Of a stretch of DNA of 64,000 nucleotides, positions 8,586 through 15,685 are shown in pieces. The first letter of the stretch is position 1, and every line of letters begins with the position of its first letter. Origin of the DNA: a virus; the IMG/VR virus record IMGVR_UViG_3300032018_000001, positions 77,807 through 141,806 of that record; one strand, given 5' to 3'. Under the pieces are notes generated by a model. That model was not told where the DNA came from. It searched no databases and saw nothing but the letters and a program-made list of their open reading frames with translations. The position numbers and the translations under genes are program-made.

Positions 8586-8876
8586 ATGAAAGAGCTGACC
8601 CTGAAAGATGTTGACTGCCTTGTCACATGGCCCCCTGGAAGCGTGGGAGAGCTTTCAGACCGGACAATGTTGAATGCCTACCTGGAGCTGTGCAAACACC
8701 ACGGGTACGGCCGCACGGGACAGATAGCAGAGTCCGTGGAGGACATCTGGAGGCATCCGGAGAAGACGGCCGATTATCAGGAACAGAAAACCAAGCACCT
8801 GCGGGAGATGGACGAACTTTTACTTAATGGTGTAGCAGGGTCTGTATTATTAACTCACTCTTGGTATTTTCTCTGA
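8586..8876 (+). CDS. hypothetical protein
   Basis: AAGGAG RBS. Confidence 0.6.
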   Translation: MKELTLKDVDCLVTWPPGSVGELSDRTMLNAYLELCKHHGYGRTGQIAESVEDIWRHPEKTADYQEQKTKHLREMDELLLNGVAGSVLLTHSWYFL

Positions 8877-8890
8877 AGTATTTATTTACT

Positions 8891-8940
8891 GTGCGGTAGA
8901 GCAGAGTCGAGTAATGCATCGTATCGTATAGGTTTTTTAA
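8891..8940 (+). repeat. pentamer-periodic GYA-NN array unit A (putative guide RNA)
   Basis: GTGcg GTAga GCAga GTCga GTAat GCAtc GTAtc GTAta GGTTTTTTAA; G exactly every 5 nt. Confidence 0.85.
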
Positions 8941-8955
8941 CAAAAGGAGAGGCAG

Positions 8956-9549
8956 ATGAAATCATTCAGAATTGGAATTGAGGCGAATCCGGTTTTTCCC
9001 TATTACATGCAGCACCGTATGGATGACACTAAACTAGCTGACTGGGAAAAGAATCGCGGAAAGATTATGGAGCGTCCGGAGCTTAGCAAGGAAGACAACC
9101 TGAGGGCGGAGTATCACGCTTACCGGGATGAGAGGGGTTACTACATACCAACGGAGCACATCCTTGGTGCAATCAAGATTGCCAGTAAGGAATTCAAATC
9201 CAAAACAGGCTCTGGAAGGAAGAGCATGAAGGATGAGGTAGCAGGAGGATTCTTTATTCAGGGAGATGAGAATCCGTAAAAACTGTACTTTGAATTTTCA
9301 GATTTTCAAATTGATAAACGGTCAGCCGTGAATCAGAATAACAAGGCCCGCATAATTGTTATCCGTCCTAAGTTTAAAGGATGGAAGGCACAATTCAATC
9401 TCATGGTGGATAACGAAACTGTGACCCCTGAGACCATCAGAGGTATTGTGGAGCACGCCGGGCAGTATGTGGGAATAGGAAGCTACAGGCCTCCTAAGGG
9501 CGGAGCGTTTGGGAGATTTAAGATTAGTACGTTTGCAAAAGCAGCGTAG
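8956..9549 (+). pseudogene. stand-alone RAMP/Cas7-like protein (197 codons) interrupted by one in-frame TAA at 9277-9279
   Basis: track ORFs 8956..9279 and 9328..9549 share a frame; YYIPTEHILGAIK helix motif and Gly-rich loop VGIGSYRPPKGGAFGRF; AAGGAG RBS. Confidence 0.7.
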
Positions 9550-9689
9550 CCTATTGCAGTGTACGTCATGTATTGTTTCGCTTTTATTTTTCTCGCATGG
9601 TAATGTATTGTAATGCACGGTAAGGTAAAGGTTTTTTAAATTGTATGCCGTGTCGTAATGTAATGTGTCGTTTGGTAACGTAGTGCAGC
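9541..9689 (+). repeat. pentamer-periodic GYA-NN array units B, C, D (putative guide RNAs)
   Basis: B 9541-9584 degenerate; C 9595-9640 GCAtg GTAat GTAtt GTAat GCAcg GTAag GTAaa GGTTTTTTAAA; D 9650-9689 GTGtc GTAat GTAat GTGtc GTTtg GTAac GTAgt GCAgc. Confidence 0.85.
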
Positions 9690-9722
9690 CCTGCTACTCT
9701 AACGGGTAGCAGGGCTTTTTTC
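9687..9722 (+). terminator. intrinsic terminator closing the array, CCCTGCTACT/GTAGCAGGG family
   Basis: AGCCCTGCTACTC-taac-GGGTAGCAGGGCT plus T-tract. Confidence 0.8.
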
Positions 9723-9859
9723 CCCCTGCTATTAGTACCTTCCGTAGTAGCTACCTGCTACGCTTTCGACATCCCCTGCCACTAATCATTATAATTGAAT
9801 TTTATCTTATTTGTGAAAAAGGAATAAAGCTCACACATCCTCACCGGCTGGAGCAGTTA

Positions 9860-11419
9860 ATGGCACAGGTAGAGCTCAAAGAAGTTTTCTCCAATCTAAA
9901 AATAATCCGCGAGCAGGACGGCGGCAAAAAAGCCGTCTACAAATTCTCTGGCCCCTTCCAGGAAATGAATGATGTCCGGGGCACCAAAAACAAAAACGGC
10001 CGTATCTATAATAAGAAACTCTGGGAGCGCGTGTTCGGTGACGCCGGTGTTCAGGAGCGTTTGAGTAGCAAGCGCATGCTTGGCGAGCTCGACCATCCTA
10101 CTGATGATGGACAGATTCGGCGCACAAGTCATATTATAACAGAAGCGCGTCCTGACTGGAATGATGGCGTCATTTACGGAACGCTGGAGCTTCTGAATCA
10201 TGACCAGGGAGATGCTGCTCTTATTCGTGCTCTGGTTGACCAGGGCGTTCAGTTGTGTGTATCAAGCCGCGGGTTTGGTGAGTTTATGAAGGACGGTTGC
10301 ACTATCGACCCCGAAACTTACAAACTTGTCACATGGGATATTGTTCTCGACCCTTCCGTACCAATAGCAACCCTGAAGAAGGTTGCTGAATCGGTGAATC
10401 ATAACTTACCGATTGAAAGCAGGGCCAGGGCTAATTTCATAGAAACCCTTGCGGGCGCAAATAAGGAAACCAAAGAAACAAAGTCCGAAACAAAAACCAT
10501 ACAGGAGGATTCGATGGATGAGAAAATTGTAAGTCTCATGGAAAAGAACGGCGAGCTTCAGGCCACCAACGCGAAGAACGAAGCGAACCTGAACAACATG
10601 AAAGAACTGCTCACGAACAAGAACGAGCGGATTTCCGCGCTCGAAAACGCGAACAAGTCCCTCACGGAAAAATCCGCCAAGCTGGAAGAGACCAGCGCGG
10701 CCCTGACCAAAGCCAATGAAGCGACCACCAATCTTCAGAAGCAGCTCAAGGAATATGAGGAAATCGAAGACCGCGCCATCAAAGTCATCGAATCCCTCAA
10801 AGCCAAACTGGAGCACGCGGATACCCTCAGCGAAAAAGCCGCGGACACCATCGAAGAGCTCATGTCCAAAGTGAAAGAGCGCAAAACCAACGAAGCCGAT
10901 GACGCCGACAAAGCGGACAAGGACGTTGACGTTAAGGGAACGCTCCGCAACTGGACACCTGACCCCAGCAAGGGCGATGAGCTTGAACAGCTCAAAGGCC
11001 TTGTGAAGACGATGGAAAAGAAACGCGAAGAGGGCAAGAAGAAAATGGAAGACGCCGATGCGGACGCGAAAGCTGCTGCTGACAAAGCCGCGGCTGACAA
11101 AAAGGAAAAGGCGAAGAAGGAAGACATCGCGGACATGCAGAAGGCGAAAGATGCCAAAGACGCGGCCGACAAAAAGGAAAAGGCGAAGAAGGAAGACGCC
11201 GACCACAAGGAACCGGATGCGGATGACAAGGCCAAGGACGAAGATGATGACGCCGACAAGGATGCGGACGGTAAGGCCAAGACCAACGAAAATGATGACG
11301 AAGACGATGATGACAAGCCTTACGAGCCCACGGCCAAGGAAAAGAAAGAAGCCCGTATCAACATGCTGAAGAACCTGAGCGAGCAGACCGTGCGTGACGG
11401 CGCTCCCAAGAAACTGTAA
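9860..11419 (+). CDS. prohead protease (T4 gp21-like) fused to coiled-coil/acidic scaffold (gp22-like)
   Basis: NKNGRIY, LGELDHP, TSHII, VSSRGFG, TWDIVLDPS; long coiled-coil and D/K-rich C-terminal half. Confidence 0.9.
   Translation: MAQVELKEVFSNLKIIREQDGGKKAVYKFSGPFQEMNDVRGTKNKNGRIYNKKLWERVFGDAGVQERLSSKRMLGELDHPTDDGQIRRTSHIITEARPDWNDGVIYGTLELLNHDQGDAALIRALVDQGVQLCVSSRGFGEFMKDGCTIDPETYKLVTWDIVLDPSVPIATLKKVAESVNHNLPIESRARANFIETLAGANKETKETKSETKTIQEDSMDEKIVSLMEKNGELQATNAKNEANLNNMKELLTNKNERISALENANKSLTEKSAKLEETSAALTKANEATTNLQKQLKEYEEIEDRAIKVIESLKAKLEHADTLSEKAADTIEELMSKVKERKTNEADDADKADKDVDVKGTLRNWTPDPSKGDELEQLKGLVKTMEKKREEGKKKMEDADADAKAAADKAAADKKEKAKKEDIADMQKAKDAKDAADKKEKAKKEDADHKEPDADDKAKDEDDDADKDADGKAKTNENDDEDDDDKPYEPTAKEKKEARINMLKNLSEQTVRDGAPKKL
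10514..11419 (+). CDS. nested in-frame scaffold protein
   Basis: internal AGGAGG RBS then in-frame ATG 10514 (MDEKIVSLME) at the domain boundary. Confidence 0.6.
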   Translation: MDEKIVSLMEKNGELQATNAKNEANLNNMKELLTNKNERISALENANKSLTEKSAKLEETSAALTKANEATTNLQKQLKEYEEIEDRAIKVIESLKAKLEHADTLSEKAADTIEELMSKVKERKTNEADDADKADKDVDVKGTLRNWTPDPSKGDELEQLKGLVKTMEKKREEGKKKMEDADADAKAAADKAAADKKEKAKKEDIADMQKAKDAKDAADKKEKAKKEDADHKEPDADDKAKDEDDDADKDADGKAKTNENDDEDDDDKPYEPTAKEKKEARINMLKNLSEQTVRDGAPKKL

Positions 11420-11439
11420 GAGGTTGCAGAAAGAAAATG

Positions 11440-11468
11440 ACCGCTCCCCTTAACCGGGGAGCGGTTTT
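11440..11468 (+). terminator. stem-loop between scaffold and capsid genes
   Basis: ACCGCTCCCC/GGGGAGCGGT then TTT. Confidence 0.6.
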
Positions 11469-11547
11469 GAAAACAAACGCCCAGACAAAAACGCACTTCG
11501 TTTTCGGCAAGGGTTAAACACAGAAACCAAAACAAGGAGTTTTTTCA

Positions 11548-12975
11548 ATGAAAGAAAAAGACGTTTATTCCAATGACGTTATCGTTGAAGGTCTCCGTGC
11601 CTGCGAAAACAAGCGCAACAAATCTTTCGTGGAATCCTCAATCGGGATTTACGAGAAACTGCACGGCCGCAAACCTGACACGATGTTCATGTCCGCTCTC
11701 GGCACCGTTCTGGAGAATTTCCGCCAATGGCGGCACGCCAACTTGGTTGAAGCCACCAATCAGGCGTCCTTCCCGGCCCTGCGCGATTACGGCTTTGAGC
11801 TCATCACGGCTCTGTTCCCCGGCCTGATTGCGAATGAAATCTTCACCATCCAGCCCGCGAAGTTTAAAAACTTCAGTATCTTCTACCAGACCTTCAAGTA
11901 TCAGACGGCCAAAGGAATCACACCGGCGAATACGCCCAACTTCGATGCTCTGAAATACTTCCCGATTGACCAGAATTACACTCTGGATTCGGAAGTCAAC
12001 AAAGTCATCGGCACAGGCACCGGCGCGACTGCGGCCTTCTCGTACAACCCGGCACCCTTCCGTCCTCTCGTTCCGGGCACCGTTTCTGTTACCTCCATCA
12101 ACACGGCCAACGCCGCAATGGCATTGGTTGACAACGGCACCGGCACGATGGTAGGCGATGGCACCGGCTCGGTGGACTATACCACCGGCGTAATCGCTGT
12201 GACCTTCAACGCCAACGTGAAATCGGGCGCTCCCGTTCTCTCTTCTTACCAGTTTATCGGTGAAGGCTCCAAAGAAAATGCCGCGGAGCTCGGCCTGACA
12301 ATCACCGAAATTCAGGGACAGGCGAAGGAACGCAGGCTGCGTTACAATTTCTCAATCGAATCGCAGTTCAGCTACAGGCAACAGTGGGGCCGTAGCATGG
12401 ACGCCGACCTCCTGGCCGCGGCGATGGCTGAAATCCGTAAGGAAATCGACCAAGACCTCATCCAGCTCGGCAACACAACGGCACTCGACCCGGCTTCCGC
12501 GGGCAGCGTTGTGTGGAATCGTACACCGGACGTGGGCGTGCAGTACTTCTTCTGGCGTGAGCAGTTCATCGACACGCTGAACGCTGCAGGCAACCTCATC
12601 GTTAAAGCCACCGGCTTTGGCGAAGGCAATATCGTGGTAGGCGGTCTGAATTTCAAGCAAATCGTTGAAATCATCGGGCCCCGTTTCACACCTTCCGGAG
12701 TCGCAGGCGTCAAAGGCTCGCGCTTCATCGGAACCATTGACGGCACGCGCCGTTGCTACTATGACCCCAGCCTGAGCGACAACCAGTTCTTCGTGACGTA
12801 CAAATCCCCGAATCCTCTGGAGCCGGGAATTGTGTACAGTCCTTGGATGCCCTTATTCGCCAGTGACCCTCATATGTTAGCCGATGGCAGCTTACACCGT
12901 TACCTCATTACCAGCACCGGTAAGACGGTAATCAACAAAAAGCTGTTCGCGGCCGGTACTATCGTTCAGTCTTAA
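11548..12975 (+). CDS. major capsid protein, T4 gp23-like
   Basis: LIANEIFTIQP, AKERRLR..FSIES, MAEIRKEIDQDLI, GIVYSPWMPL; follows protease/scaffold; strong codon bias. Confidence 0.92.
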   Translation: MKEKDVYSNDVIVEGLRACENKRNKSFVESSIGIYEKLHGRKPDTMFMSALGTVLENFRQWRHANLVEATNQASFPALRDYGFELITALFPGLIANEIFTIQPAKFKNFSIFYQTFKYQTAKGITPANTPNFDALKYFPIDQNYTLDSEVNKVIGTGTGATAAFSYNPAPFRPLVPGTVSVTSINTANAAMALVDNGTGTMVGDGTGSVDYTTGVIAVTFNANVKSGAPVLSSYQFIGEGSKENAAELGLTITEIQGQAKERRLRYNFSIESQFSYRQQWGRSMDADLLAAAMAEIRKEIDQDLIQLGNTTALDPASAGSVVWNRTPDVGVQYFFWREQFIDTLNAAGNLIVKATGFGEGNIVVGGLNFKQIVEIIGPRFTPSGVAGVKGSRFIGTIDGTRRCYYDPSLSDNQFFVTYKSPNPLEPGIVYSPWMPLFASDPHMLADGSLHRYLITSTGKTVINKKLFAAGTIVQS

Positions 12976-13010
12976 CAGAGGCCGGCAGTAGTATGAGGTG
13001 AGTAAAAAAC

Positions 13011-13045
13011 AAAGGGAGCAGGGTTGCATACCTGCTCCCTTTTTT
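13011..13045 (+). terminator. intrinsic terminator after capsid gene
   Basis: AAAGGGAGCAGG/CCTGCTCCCTTT plus T-tract. Confidence 0.8.
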
Positions 13046-13059
13046 GTTAAATTACAAGC

Positions 13060-13695
13060 ATGAGTTTAAAAGACAAACAATATCACGAAGCGCATAAAAA
13101 TGACCCTGCTTATGTTGAACGCCGAAGACTGGCGAGCAAGCGCTTTAGAGAGAAACGCTTAGCAGGTCACAAACTTTATAGAGAGAAACACCGGGAAGAA
13201 ATAAAGTGCAAAGAAAAAGAGTTCAGAGATGCCAACAAAAATAATCCTGAGTACAGAAAAAAGCGTGCTGCTTACAGCAGGAAATTTTTTAAGAATCATC
13301 ATGAGGACAGACTTGCTGACCATAGAGCTTACTACAAGAAGAATAAGCATAAAGTAAATGCACAGACGGCTGCTTATCGTAGCACTGGAAGAGGAAAAGC
13401 TTTGTCTATCAAAAATCACAGAAAATATCACCTGAGTAGCAGGTATGGAATTACGCCTGAGCAGTTTGAGCAAATGCGAATTGCTCAAGGTAGCAGGTGT
13501 GCTATTTGTAATGACAGCTTTAAGCATGTCGAAATAAAAACAGGAAACAAGTTCACCTGCACAATAGACCACGACCACGCTACAGGTAAGCTCAGGCAGT
13601 TGCTTTGTGACAGGTGTAACAAAGTTTTAGGTTTTGTTTCTGAGAATAGTATGCTACTCAAAAATATGATTGATTATTTAGGTAAGTGGAAATAA
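13060..13695 (+). CDS. endonuclease VII-family (His-Me finger) endonuclease, probably homing
   Basis: YGITPEQFEQM..AQ..RCAIC...IDHDH.TGK.R.LLCDRCN..LG; basic repetitive N-terminus; AT-rich. Confidence 0.85.
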   Translation: MSLKDKQYHEAHKNDPAYVERRRLASKRFREKRLAGHKLYREKHREEIKCKEKEFRDANKNNPEYRKKRAAYSRKFFKNHHEDRLADHRAYYKKNKHKVNAQTAAYRSTGRGKALSIKNHRKYHLSSRYGITPEQFEQMRIAQGSRCAICNDSFKHVEIKTGNKFTCTIDHDHATGKLRQLLCDRCNKVLGFVSENSMLLKNMIDYLGKWK

Positions 13696-13728
13696 AGGTA
13701 GACTGTCAATTTAAACAAGGAGTAAGAG

Positions 13729-14412
13729 ATGAATCAGCAAGGCGCAGAAGTAGTGAAAGGTTATGTTGTCATTCGTAACCTGTCGAAAGGCCCCAAGGGT
13801 TTTTCAGACCATAGAAACAGCCCGGTCACGCTGGACGCATTCGGCGGAGCAAACGACCAGATTAAAATCCTGCTGGAAGAAAGCAACCTGGATAAAGCGG
13901 TACGGCATTACGTTACGTATCGCAAGGCTGCAATGCAGGTCACGTTCTCAGAAGGTATCGTTGACAAGTTCCCGGAATTCAAAGACCATCTCACCGTGCA
14001 TTCGACTGCCGGTGTTGACCAGAGCCTTGCTGACCGCGTGGAATTCGTCCGCAAGTCACAGGCCGATAAGAAATCCCAAGAAGACAGTGCTGCGGTACGC
14101 CTGGTGCGTGCCCGCGCTCAGAATACTATCGCTGACAATAGCAAGGAACGCACTGCTATGTCCAGCTCAGATGCTCACCCTGGCAACTTTCAGGAACGCC
14201 ATGTACCGGCTGCGGATAAGGCCGCGCCCGCCCGCGCTCCTATGGGAAACGAAGAGCAAGAAGGAGACGTACTGACTGTGGAAAACCTGAGTCAGAAAGA
14301 AGTGCCTGAGCTGATTGAGATTGCGTCCAAACTCGGCGTGAAACTCAAAGCAGACGTGGCCAAGGGTGCTGCTGTTAAGAGCATCCTGTTGTCGCTTAAC
14401 AAGCAGGGCTAA
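13729..14412 (+). CDS. hypothetical virion protein with C-terminal Rho-N/HeH-like helix bundle
   Basis: LSQKEVPELIEIASKLGVKL....K...VKSIL; AAGGAG RBS. Confidence 0.6.
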   Translation: MNQQGAEVVKGYVVIRNLSKGPKGFSDHRNSPVTLDAFGGANDQIKILLEESNLDKAVRHYVTYRKAAMQVTFSEGIVDKFPEFKDHLTVHSTAGVDQSLADRVEFVRKSQADKKSQEDSAAVRLVRARAQNTIADNSKERTAMSSSDAHPGNFQERHVPAADKAAPARAPMGNEEQEGDVLTVENLSQKEVPELIEIASKLGVKLKADVAKGAAVKSILLSLNKQG

Positions 14413-14619
14413 TTGAAAGCGGTCAGAATCTGGATTAAGAATCTGTGGATTCTAGCCAACTTGAATTTTAGGGAACAAGACCTTCCGGGCTGGCTGTATA
14501 AGCTTCGCCCGGAAGACCTTGACAACTTCATGACCTACAGAGGCATTATCTATCTTAAAAACTTTTCACGGCAAATGATTATTGACATGATACTTCAATC
14601 TACAGGAAAGAAAAAATGA
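14413..14619 (+). CDS. hypothetical protein
   Basis: tight packing between neighbours. Confidence 0.45.
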   Translation: MKAVRIWIKNLWILANLNFREQDLPGWLYKLRPEDLDNFMTYRGIIYLKNFSRQMIIDMILQSTGKKK

Positions 14620-14873
14620 AAATATACGCTGTCTTTATCATGCTATTGATAGCAACTGCTTTTACGGCAGCGGTTATCTCTCCTGCTGTCAAACAGCAAG
14701 CAACCAAAACAGTAGTAGCTGATTCAACCAAGATTGCAGTAGTAGACACCCTGCTCATCATTAGGCATGACACGGTGAAGGTTACTAATGCTTTCAAAGA
14801 TACCATCAAGCTTATCAAATCGGACACGGCGCACGGCCTGCGGTACGATACCCTCAGAATTAAAAGGAAGTAA
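14616..14873 (+). CDS. secreted/periplasmic small protein with DT/DS repeats
   Basis: N-terminal signal peptide. Confidence 0.55.
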   Translation: MKIYAVFIMLLIATAFTAAVISPAVKQQATKTVVADSTKIAVVDTLLIIRHDTVKVTNAFKDTIKLIKSDTAHGLRYDTLRIKRK

Positions 14874-15685
14874 TGGGCTTTCAAGTACTACTCCGTAAGA
14901 CGGATGACCCTGCTGCCGGGCTCTTCAGATGGAAGCGCGGGCATGTTATCGGCGTTACTACGCTGGAGGATTGCTTTGGTGGCGCTGACCCGGAGACTAC
15001 TATTACTGTAGTAGTGTCTGATTCAGGTGCTACGGCTGATTTTAAATACTTGACTGAATCCTGGTACAGGAAGACAGCCTATGCTATTCTTGCAGCCGAC
15101 TTGTCGCGGGACTGGTACAGCGTTAAGGTTTATACGTTGGCTGAGACGTTAGGTGCAAAGTCAGAAGGTAAGATTACCGCGGCGGATATGCAGGCCTTTT
15201 TGCAGCGCTGGGGTGCTCAGATAGACGAAGCAGCATCCACGGATAACGATGTGCGCTTCACCCTGGACGCAGTATCAGCCTTGAATGCTCAAGGCTTTAT
15301 TGACTTTGGCACGGAAGAGGAGTTTGTCAATTTCACGGAAACGGCTTACGATGTGGAATCCGGCACGCACAGCATTAGCATGGACTACTCTTTGTCTTCT
15401 TTGAATTCTGACAGGCTGGAAAAGTTCATAACGGATAAAGGCCTTACTATAGTATCGCATGACAGAGAGCGTGCTATTCTGGTTTTTACCGTGACACGCA
15501 CTCAGCTTATTCAAGCGTTAGAAGCAGGTGTGGAAAGAGAATTCAATAAGCAGGTTGCTATGCGTAGATGGAAGATTGACCTGACTGGGATTGAGACATT
15601 CATAACAGACCCGAAGTTTCCCAGCACAGCGCACATAACGCTTTCTGATTTCCAAGCTAGAATCGTTGACCTGATAGAAGGATAA
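14873..15685 (+). CDS. hypothetical virion protein
   Basis: coupled ORF in structural operon. Confidence 0.65.
   Translation: MGFQVLLRKTDDPAAGLFRWKRGHVIGVTTLEDCFGGADPETTITVVVSDSGATADFKYLTESWYRKTAYAILAADLSRDWYSVKVYTLAETLGAKSEGKITAADMQAFLQRWGAQIDEAASTDNDVRFTLDAVSALNAQGFIDFGTEEEFVNFTETAYDVESGTHSISMDYSLSSLNSDRLEKFITDKGLTIVSHDRERAILVFTVTRTQLIQALEAGVEREFNKQVAMRRWKIDLTGIETFITDPKFPSTAHITLSDFQARIVDLIEG

Noticed and set aside
8891-9689. Canonical CRISPR array
   Set aside because: No 25-45-nt identical repeats with unique spacers; periodicity is 5 nt, so reported as a different array type.
10406-11316. Long minus-strand ORFs (also elsewhere in the window)
   Set aside because: Antisense shadows of biased, low-complexity + strand genes; no RBS or motif support.
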